Of a stretch of DNA of 63,704 nucleotides, positions 52,929 to 63,704 are shown in pieces (the first letter of the stretch is position 1; each line of letters opens with the position of its first letter). Source of the DNA: Glycera tridactyla (Eukaryota); contig OZ286463.1 of NCBI GenBank assembly GCA_965644265.1, positions 78,368,297-78,432,000 of the forward strand, written 5' to 3'. The position numbers were made by a program, and so were the translations under genes. Below the pieces are notes generated by a model. That model had not been told where the DNA came from. It ran no database searches and was given only the letters and a program-made list of their open reading frames with translations.

Positions 52929-54700
52929 TTGATTTGATTTGATTTGATTTGAATAACTTTATTCAAGAAGCATTGAAACAATCATGTTAAATGGTCATAG
53001 GACAAGAATAACATAACAAAACATATCTACAAAGCACATGGCAAAATAGTGAACAAAAGAAGAGATAGGAACATTTGAGAGAGTACAGTGTTACATTGAG
53101 GAGTTGACATCATAAACAATTGTAGAATTACTATATTGACTTTATTCAACTATGTACAGCATAGTGGCGGGGGAAGATATATGAAGATACTAGAAGGTAT
53201 TTGAAGATATTCAATGATATTGCGAGGGTGGGAGGTGTGGAGAGAATGAAATGTCTAGATTTGCTATAGAGTATCAGATGAGCATCTGAATTCTATGTAC
53301 CCCTAAACAGGTAGACAACCAACCTACATAACAATTATGTATCAACAAAGATAGAGTACTCAAAGATAGAGTACTCAAACTAACATGAAGATACCACCAG
53401 TCCTAATTGGAGAACACATGCGGTGCTGATCCTGCAACAGCAAACTACCATTCAAGGTCAGCGACTACCCTTTTTTCAGAATACTACCTACTTTTGCAGC
53501 AATTGATCAAAGTTGATATTTGATTTTCCTTTGCTTTTCGAAGGAAGACAAACTCCCTGATCTGCGAATCTCCTCAGGGATGCTATTCCACAGTCTAATT
53601 CCATGAGGGATTGTTCTCACAGAAGCAAACTGCATACGATTTTCCGAAGATCCAAATCATCCCGTGCTGTTTGTCTTGTCTCCCTCCTTGATATTTCAGC
53701 ATGTTTTGAGATTGTGTCTTGTAGTTGGACATTCCTCTTCTTATTAACAATTTCATACATTTCCGTAGAGAGCTGGCGATCAGTCAGTGATTGTAAATAT
53801 GGCACCTTAAGAGACACATGACATTCAGTAGCCAAGAAGGTACGGCGGGATTCACCCTGTATGATACGTAGGCAGCTATTCTGACATACTTGGAGACGTG
53901 ACTGGAATTTCAGACTTATACCACAGAGGACATAGTTGTTGTACCAAAACAGAGATTGGATCAACGAGTGTTATATAAATAGAGCTCTGTTTTCAGAGAT
54001 GAATGGCCTGACATGCAATAGTGCAGAGCGGCGAGTCCGGAATTTCTTGAGCAGATAGTTGCAATGAGCATCAAAGGACAGGTTTTCATCCAGGATGATT
54101 CCCAGATATTTTAATTCTGCCTGACGTTTAATCTCCAAACCCTGAAATGAAAGAAAATCAACATTAATTCTTTGAGTCTGTGGACGAGTGCCAAACAACA
54201 TAATGGCCGATTTGGTCACATTTGGGGACAGTCTCATGTATGCAAACCATTGTTGAAGTATCAACAGGTCATCATTCAATCTGGCAGCTATCTCGTTATC
54301 TGTTCAACCACTTGCACAGATTGCGGTGTCATCTGCGTACAAATAGCAGGACGTCTCCCTCAAAGCGTCTGGAAGGCGGTTTACGAATAAAACAAACAAC
54401 AAAGGTCCCTTGTGGGACTCCCAGCGAGATGTTCCAACTGAAAGAGAATGTCCCTTCAAATTTCACTTGCTGAGTGCGAGTATCCAGATAGGATTCAGCG
54501 CAAGGCTGAGTTGTGAAAATCTTCCTCTTTCAAACGTTCAATAAGGCGACAGTGATCAACTGTATCAAATGCCTTTTTCAGATCCAGGAAGAGAACCCCA
54601 GTGGGACGTCCCCGGTCAGCCTCACGGAAGATATTATCCAAGATATAAACTGATTCATAATCTGCAGAATTGCCCAGACTGATCTGTTTGAGGCAAACTT
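52929..54700 (-). mobile_element. Decayed, 5'-truncated L2/CR1-group LINE
   Basis: Minus-strand translation across frameshifts gives GVLFLDLKKAFDTVDH (about 54555-54600), VPQG..PLLFVLFVN, LYADDT (YADD at 54328-54339), LKYLGIILDENLSF, LQVCQNSCLRII and GIRLWNSIPEEIR. It ends in AATAAA (52958-52963) plus (TCAAA)4. Confidence 0.92.
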
Positions 54701-56023
54701 CACTCGATCATATGTTAGGTAGGCAGTAGACAGACTCACAGACAGACAAACAGATGGACAGACAGGCAGCTGGACGAACAGATGAATGGACAAATAATGG
54801 ATGGATCTATAAAAAGTCAGACAATGAGGTCATGAACCGTGATTCTGACTGTGAAATTTGAGAGGAGGCTAGGAAAAGATTCATCTCATCCACCCGGAAC
54901 TCATTCGATAAAAATACCTGATGCCTTGACAAAACACACCAAGATAATTGAATCCGGCCATGGAGGCTATATTTGATTATATTGGTACAAGTAAGCACTT
55001 GCGTTGAGGTGATCTCTACTGCCTATACTTATGCATATCCAACATATCTTCATCAATATGAAATACAATTCCAAATTTCGTTTTATGCTCGAACTTCATT
55101 TCGTGGAGAATCAGCTGGTTCAATCACTGAATTACTGAAAAAGGATTCAAGAAATCTTAGTCGATGACTTCAGATAATCTATCGACCACTGACTTTGGAG
55201 TGTTTGAAAATTATTCATGTTTTATTGATCTGTGCCATGAGTTGTTACTTGATCATTGTATCAGTGATATAGCAAATGAAGATGACATACTGATTGCTGT
55301 GGTTGCCACCAGGTTGAAATTTGACAGAAGGATATCACTGAATGGCTAGTGATATGTATACACAGGGGCTTGGGCGCCACCTTGGTAGCACAAAAATGAG
55401 CTTTGTGGAGGTAATATCCTTTCACAAACTTCTTCATCTCTCAAGATGGTCTTTAAAGTCAGATGACCTTTTAGAAGGTCAGTCAAGATAATCGACCTTA
55501 TATTTGCTTCAGACTCGAGTATATCAACTATAGAAACGAGAATTGAGCTGTGATTCCATGGTCCACCTCACAAAAATTGCATGTGACTTGGAGTCATGCC
55601 TTTCTAATATATCTCAGTGACCTTATCGAAGCTAAAAAGGATGGTTAAGAGCAATGGCGGAATTTTAGCTGATGAGAAAGCCACAGGCAGGTGTGTGGGC
55701 TGGCAGCATTTTGGTGATCTAAAGATAGCCATGAGCCAGGCAAACTTGCTTACGCCTGCTCTAGCCATGACGATGATGCCCATTTTGGTAAAATCTTCGT
55801 ATAACTTGTGTATGTTGGTGCTGGGTTCAGAAATGACCTAGTTCTATTTGAGCTTCTCAAGGGCAGGACTCTTGAGGCCTGGAGGTGAGGCTGAACATCT
55901 AGTAATCAGCATGGTGTTCAGAAAGCGGGTCAGCAAACGTGCAAACTGGGTCCCACTATGTCAGCATTGGGTCACACTAGGTCAAAACCAGGTCATACAG
56001 ACCTGGGTGCTCGAGAAGAGCCA

Positions 56024-57278
56024 TTGCAACTCCTTGTAAGGCTTGGTGAGTGGTGAGGTGAGGCATTCCATTTTGTGAGAGAAACATATAAAGCCGTGAA
56101 GGATTTGATTGAGAAGCAGATCTCTGAAAGCCTACTAGGGCGGTCGACACTCCGTGAGAACGAACTCCAGCTTCTCAGCCCTTCCCACTACATACTTGTA
56201 CCTGTCGAAGAAGGGAAAGAATGAAGGTCTTCATTTTTACCTGGACATAATCGATGGTCGTTCCTAGAATCCAACCTGGGTGAACAAAAGTGAAGAGAGG
56301 ATCCGTGAGCAATTCTCCGCTCTTATGTGTCTTAGGTGTGTCTACTAGGTGCAACTAGCTGGTCATAAGTAAATTTACTAGCCCAGTGAATAACTGGGTG
56401 GGTGACTCCCGGATAGACTGTATCGCTAGAGAGAGCACGGAAAAAACATCTTTGACATTTAGATCAAATCACGACAACAAAACGTGAGTTGGGATAGTAG
56501 GCACATGCTGTAACGAACTGGGATCTGACCTCTATGGCGTTTACTAGACCCTTCTTGTAAAGAGTCAACTACCTGTTACTGAAGGAATCTCATTCGCACA
56601 GGTTAGTTGACAACATCATCACATCACTGGATCAAATCGGCGACCCTTTTTGCAACTCCTTGTAAGGCTTGGTGAGTGGTGAGGTGAGGCATTCCATTTT
56701 GTGAGAGAAACATATAAAGCCGTGAAGGATTTGATTGAGAAGCAGATCTCTGAAAGCCTACTAGGGCGGTCGACACTCCGTGAGAACGAACTCCAGCTTC
56801 TCAGCCCTTCCCACTACATACTTGTACCTGTCGAAGAAGGGAAAGAATGAAGGTCTTCATTTTTACCTGGACATAATCGATGGTCGTTCCTAGAATCCAA
56901 CCTGGGTGAACAAAAGTGAAGAGAGGATCCGTGAGCAATTCTCCGCTCTTATGTGTCTTAGGTGTGTCTACTAGGTGCAACTAGCTGGTCATAAGTAAAT
57001 TTACTAGCCCAGTGAATAACTGGGTGGGTGACTCCCGGATAGACTGTATCGCTAGAGAGAGCACGGAAAAAACATCTTTGACATTCAGATCAAATCACGA
57101 CAACAAAACGTGAGTTGGGATAGTAGGCACATGCTGTGAAGAACTGGGATCTGACCTCTATGGCGTTTACTAGACCCTTCTTGTAAAGAGTCAACTACCT
57201 GTTACTGAAGGAATCTCATTCGCACAGGTTAGTTGACAACATCATCACATCACTGGATCAAATCGAAGACCCTTTTTG
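56024..57278. repeat. Head-to-tail tandem duplication, 2 x 626 bp
   Basis: TTGCAACTCCTTGTAAGG begins at 56024 and 56650. About five substitutions, all in the distal part of the unit. Confidence 0.97.
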
Positions 57279-59032
57279 GAATTCTGATGAAGGTATCATC
57301 CCCTTGTCCGTCTGTTTGTACTCCCACCATTACCCTTCAGTCTTTCTTCTTTTCTTCACACCCATTCCCTCTTCGCTATTACTTATCTCTCTCTTTCTCT
57401 GTTCTTTTCATCTATTTTCTCTCCATTTTCTTTCATTTCACCCAATAGTGCTGCGAATGCAACCTGTGCTTCCCCCAACTCCTGGAGGCAGGATTTACCA
57501 TCTACAATATGGCCAGCTGGATACAAAACTCTAATAGCATGTACTGGTACAATAGGTATGACCATTCTGAGTTATTCAGACGTGAAGGAGTTCTGCCACG
57601 CTGGATAGTCCAATTCATGATTCCTGATAACACAACTCCATTGCCAATGAGAGTTGTCATGTTGGATGATGAATCGTGGGAAGTTCATTACAATATCAGG
57701 AGTGGGTCGATGTATCATGTTTTCCCACAATGATTGATGCCACATTCAAATGTCTGTGACTACCATGTTCACATCAAGTAGCCTACTGATTGAACAGCTC
57801 TCATTTCTCACGTCTCATATAACCCATGGGAAAACATTCCATCGACCGATCGACATACAACGATACATTTGAAAAGTCAATTCAATGTGATGAACACACC
57901 CATGAAATCAGCAAGGGCCACATCATAATGGCATGGTTATTGTAAATATCTTCTTCTCGGATAAATACTCGATTTACATCGTTGTGGCAATGAAAAAGTA
58001 AATGTGAACCTTCAGGATGGACCCTGATGCAGTGAAAATATTTCGGACCTGGCCCTGGCCTCTGATTCCTGACTCCAAATCGTCATGTCGGTCCGAGCTC
58101 CAGAAATACAAGGATGAAATAAAATTCCAGCCCTGTATGTCTGTTTCGATGATTGTAACTTTGTGTTGAATATTTCAAGAAGTGCTACAAGGGCGCAAGT
58201 TTAGTATCAAGAGGTTTCTTCCCTGTGCTTCTCTCTGGACCAGTACTTTCAGCTTCGGAAACGGATGCTCTGCGAACTTCCAGTGATCTGGCAAGGTATT
58301 CTGACAAAGCCCTCTTCTCTATCACCCATCGACGTCAACTTGAGGTCCATACCGTCGTTTCATCTATTTATCTGGCATATCTCAATAAAGAGTCTTGAAC
58401 TCATAAGGCGTCTGACGCCTTTGTTTCTTAAGACCTATTGATCACAGACTTGCTCAACTGTGGGTCAATTGACCCGATTCTGTCACTATATAAGCAGGTA
58501 ATGGTGAGCAGGATAGTTTGAATGTTTACATTATGAGTGACATCATCAATTTCATCGGACACCAATTCACTCCTGTTCTGTAACTGCCAGTCCAATTTTA
58601 CCCATCATCCTGAGACATGATTCCTCTGTAACCCAAAACATCTCGAGCAGATAGCATTGTATAAAGCCAATTCATAGGCAGCACTTCACACTATTATGAT
58701 TATCAAATCTATTCACGCAAGGTAGCTAAGTTAGACTTCCGGATACAGTCAGGCAGCCATCTTGGGGATGTCTGGTTAGTGAACGAATCATCCCAATCCC
58801 ACCCCTCTCCACTATCTCAATACTATCATGAAATATACAGTCTCTCTTTAGAGCCTTCAAGAATTAAAGTTGAATTCATCACCCTATTCGGTGAGGCCAT
58901 ATGCAGTATATATGTTAGCTTCGCTGTCTGTACCTTCTGTATGCTGGTGAAACCGTATACACTATGGAGTCTGGCTATGCTCCTTTCTTCCCTGCGTAGG
59001 TTCGTGTAGCTGTATGTAGTATACACACTAGT

Positions 59033-60417
59033 TTGTTCATAATTGACCTTGTAATGTTGGACTCGAAACAAAGGAACGTGCATGAGCTACACACACTCAG
59101 GGCTGGGTGAGGTTGGAGCGCCTATTTCACCTCTGAAAATAATCGATTTCGGCTATAACTAGTGGCCACGAACTTATCACAACACTACAGAAGCTTAACA
59201 CGGACACATAGAGCTACAATCACAATGAAGGAGAGTTCGAAATTCTATCATGGGTGAAGGGCTGTGCCCTACTAAGACCAGGACTTCCATTTACAGATAA
59301 ATACAACAACCACATTTGATAGGTCAGATCCTCTCATGCAGTATGCAGGCTAACTATCTTCTCTTTCTTCTTTTGCTGACTCCTTCAAAGCACATGCTGC
59401 TAAGTATTCTATTCACATTGGATTCGAGTGCGAATTTGACCACGAAACCAATTGTGTCACACAATTATCATATGGTGGCATGACAAATCGTTATACCATT
59501 ATGGTCTCGCTTATGTCATGCTGCGTGATCGCAGAGATTTGTTGTATCATGGAAGCCATCGATTGTGTCTAGAGGTCGTTTGAAATAACAAAACGATGTC
59601 GGCGATAAGAGTGAGCACGTTGGATGATGGATGGTGGAGAGTGTATTGCAATAATCAGAAGTGAGTCGATGCATCATGATGCCTGACAGTGATTAATGTT
59701 GCTGTTAAATATCTCTGACTATTATGTCCATATTGAGGACTAATCAAAACATTAGTCATTATTCATATCTCAACTAACACCATTATGAACAGCATCAGCG
59801 GCCTAGGTTTACAACGATCTGGTCACCGATAACGCTCCATCAAACACTTCATAGTCGTCGAGTATTTTATCCTATGTACGTCGTGATCCAATCTTAATGT
59901 ACACGAACGATATCAACATATCATATTCTTTGATCATGGATCACTCGCTCCAGTAGTTCAGCGAGGCAAGGTAATATAGGGATTAGCTTCATGCAGTATC
60001 CTCAATAAAAATCCTGATCAACTTTTTCTTCAGTGTATCTCACTCTGGAAGAACCTCAATACCAGATCTATAAGTGTGACGGTTCAACCGATAGGATTCG
60101 ATTCAGCCAAGTATAGCAATGTTGGAGCTTGATAGGATTCGATCTCTTGAATGCGACTGACACATTTATCTATGAATGAGAGTGCTAGTCTTAGTAGGCA
60201 CGGCCCTCCACCCATGATAGGATTTGATACCCCTATCTAGAGTGGTTACAGCTTCATGTACCCGTGTACGGGTAGTCAAGTGTTTGGTCCGTGGTAGCTT
60301 GTTATAGCACTAGTGTTAACCAAAATCCATTATTTTCAGATCTCAGGTAGGCGCACTCTAACCTTACCCAGTCCTGAGTGTGTGTAGCTCAACACTACAG
60401 GGTCAATTATGTGACAA
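59033..60417. repeat. Diverged inverted repeat, arms about 59033-59164 and 60308-60417
   Basis: CATAATTGACCTTGTAATGTTG...GAGCTACACACACTCAGGGCTGGGTGAGGTT...TCTGAAAATAAT matches the reverse complement of the right arm. The left arm has an extra 24 bp or so. Confidence 0.85.
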
Positions 60418-62742
60418 TTGTGAAGCTGAATATTGGTATCATCCATATAACAACCATACAAAATATATACTCCAACATCAACAATCACTTTTAATGGACT
60501 CATTCAATGGCATCATGTGTTCCAAAAAGGCTCTTTTGTTGCCTTAACCTTCAGAGATTTTCGACCCTGATTCGACTTCGGAATCAACATTCATATACAA
60601 TGAACTCTTTTATCATTAGGCAGTTTTCTAAATTCTTTCATAACGTAGCAGTGTCGCGCACTGTGGCAGCAATCTAATAACGTACTCTACATCAGATTTC
60701 TTCGATTTCATTACATCATTTCTATCATCGTTATGCATCCGGATGATGAGAAGAATCACGACTAAGCCATGTCGGCCACATTGCCATCTGTACATTAGTA
60801 AGAATAATCCTTTCTTGGGAAGATACATCTGCCATCACTGGTGCCATGCAAGGCAAATGTATTAATGACTGGTTGTAGTTTGCATGACATTTATGACATC
60901 ATAACAGGAATATCGTCCTCAGCTGTCACAGTTGGATGTTTTACCACACAGTTATGTTACGGAACTCACTCCGTCATTGCCTTTTCAGATGGTCTATGCC
61001 CTAGTCACTCCATTGTTCGGCGCTCAGCTCAGATACGCACCTAATCTTTCAAAAAGATATGATGACAAAAATGTCAGTAGACCACTTTCCTTGAGGATAG
61101 AAGAAAATGCGTGCGTCAAGGAATGAACTCCCGAAATAGCAATCGGATACCTTGGTATTTGAAACATTCTTGACTCGGATCTGAGCTGAAAATCCTGATT
61201 ACGTAACGAGGCACTGATTCCTGTTTTCTGTAGTCAAAGAACCCCCATACATCGAATTTCCACATGATGAATACTCAATGTTTAGCCCAACGGTTATATT
61301 GTGATATTGCGTACATTTATGCGGCTGAGATCCTCCTTGAAATTTTCACTTTACAGGATGTTTGGCGCGTAACAGATATTTGGGATGGTACGCTTCAAAA
61401 TGTATTGTCTACGTGCCAATTCATCTTGAGATTAACCATCTATCGAAAATGTGGAGATATTGCAGATAGAGTGACTTGCCTTTTTTTCTATTTGCAAGAT
61501 GAATTCTGGGTGGTGGTTAGAAGAATACTTTCATGAAATCTCAACCCCCTCCTATTGACCTTCAAATCTACGAGCGAAATGCTTAGTCAGACCTTGCACT
61601 GGTACTTGAGAATTTTCTTGTGGCAAGTCTCATAGACAGGTCATCATTGAAGGGCAGTCCAATTAGATCATCGGAAAATATTCAATACGGAAGAGTATGA
61701 CCGGAGAACGGCGGCGATAGCGATACGAGAAGAAAACTGCTTCAAAAATGTAATATGAGTGATGATAAAATGTGCAACTGACAGGATGTCTTCATGGCTC
61801 TATGATGGAGTAAAGCTAGCCTTGACATTGAAGCTCTATGTCAATAGAACTATTGCTATCCACTTTTTGGACATTTTCAATGTGATAAAAAGGCCGGGAA
61901 GGCAGGATGATGCGACTTACCATTCGCTCTGCTGAAGTCAAAAACATTTTTAGGAATACCTAACGCTCATATTAAAGGCACTTTGTACTAACCTGAGGCA
62001 GCATCATCTCACACCATCTAACGCCACTTCCAAGCATTTAAAGTCAGAGAAATTAAACCGACACTAGGCGAGTGATGTTGACACGAGTGGGAGAAAAAAA
62101 AGGTTGCCTTACAACACACCATTGAATAGGTCGTAACTGTTGATTGTTTATTGCTGCTTCTCTGTGTTCCCTTTTACATGTACCTTTGGCTCTTTGGTGG
62201 AATGATGCCAAAGAACATGGATATCACTCTCGTGTTGTGGACTGCAATACCTACTTGAATGTTAGCCCTAAATCTCCACTATCTATGACTATCTTGGAAA
62301 CCTTTCATGAGGTCCCCAAGCCGATAGATGAGTATCGAGCAATCGGTCAGTGGACTTCATTCCCAAATTGATAACCTGAATAATAGATTACTAACTGGTC
62401 AGCCATTTCGACTGAATTTCAGCGATTTGCAAGTAAAAAAGCTTGTTCCAGTCGAGTGATGATGATGATTATATTCCGATTTCTCATTCTTGGCAAACAT
62501 GTTTGATTTCGATTTATGAAAGAACAAACAGTGACCGAGTACTAAAATAATGCATGGTTGAGCCGCTCATTCCTAATCAGGGAGGGGCTAGTGTCTCTGG
62601 ATCGATGTTTTTCCTTGTTGCCAACGCAGCTTGCAATGCCAAAGCTTTCCTTTGTTCCTCGGCATATATTTAAGTGCCAAAACACTTGTTGCCAGTTGAG
62701 GGCATTCTCTTATGCTTTCATCGGGCAAGGTGGATTGAAAAT

Positions 62743-62980
62743 GTGGCTATCTTGCCAATTCTGCTTCTTCCGAGGAAAGATTTGTGAAATCTTGGCAGAG
62801 ATGGCGCAACCTGATGCTCGTTTTGCTAAGGTCAGATCCGGCTGCTTCAAATTCTCATCAGTGTGATCCAAATGCTAACGATATTACAGAACGAAGGTTT
62901 ATATGCTCCAAGCGACCCAACCTCAATTCAGAGATATAACTAACGTGCGTATGCCATATATATTTGCACCAATGACCCTG
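62743..62980. repeat. Dispersed repeat copy 2 (238 bp)
   Basis: Direct, colinear match to 50990-51227, including long identical stretches such as GGCTGCTTCAAATTCTCATCAGTGTGATCCAAATGCTAACGATATTAC. Confidence 0.9.
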
Positions 62981-63704
62981 ATTTCTGTTATGGCATCGAA
63001 GGGGACTGAAATGGGAAATTTCATGAAATAAGGAAATAAACGAATCTTGAGTGTAAATTATAAAACTCACTTTGTATACCATGGAACTTCACCTGAATAA
63101 TCCGAGAGATTGACTTGGCATCCTTTGAATGGGCAGGTGAAACCATACTCTTGATGTGATCAATACAAACGATGAACATTACCCATTCTTCATCGAACCA
63201 ATGCGTAACGTATCAGATCGATTCGTGGATATATTCAAGGAAGGAAACTAGAGAGGAAGTTTGTTTCAATATGCGATTACCAATCTATTCAACAATTGAC
63301 TCAAGATGGTTCTCCCATTTCATTTCATTCGTTTTTGAGCCATCAGCATAGCTTTTTCAAGCTGAACATGACCTGTCACAAATGACTCTAGTTGATATAA
63401 TGACATCGAAGAGATTCTGCATTAGATTTCTCTTGAATTGGTCCTCAACCATGGAATTATTGGATTTTGAGGAGGCATTAGAATGATCTAAATCGAATTG
63501 GTGCTACACTTTGACAGGGATCGATTCTGTTTCACCATGGCATTAACGAGAATGTTGATTGATGGCCCATTTCCTTCGATGGACAACTCACACAATCTCG
63601 ATATAATTTGCAAACAGCATCACTTTCACCTGTGGAACCGGTCCTATCTCTATACAAGATCAACGCCAATCCACCGGCATCACCATTATCATCACCACAA
63701 AATC

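Noticed and set aside
60090-60230. Three GATAGGATTYGAT repeats as a CRISPR array
   Set aside because: 13-bp repeats, irregular spacing, eukaryotic context and no cas genes.

Overview
This is a repeat-rich eukaryotic window, probably from a bilaterian invertebrate (inferred from L2/CR1-group LINEs, TA-flanked MITEs, microsatellites and patchy CpG depletion). I found no intact host protein-coding gene, RNA gene or CRISPR array. The only long protein-like ORF (33148-34452, minus strand) is the reverse transcriptase of a 5'-truncated L2/CR1-group LINE; three more decayed LINE copies are recognisable. The most structured object is a 4247-bp non-autonomous CACTA/EnSpm-like element at 43462-47708. 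It has CACTG...CAGTG ends, a 3-bp ACC target-site duplication, 76-bp and 121-bp subterminal arrays, nested MITEs and a CpG-poor interior with exon-like segments. Also present are two near-identical tandem duplications (1263 bp and 626 bp), an inverted pair of Helentron-like short elements, a tRNA-derived SINE head, a diverged exon-like repeat family (PEHKMMG motif) and many microsatellites. Most N-runs look like hard masking rather than assembly gaps. All alignments and counts were done by eye, so boundaries without a TIR or TSD anchor are approximate.
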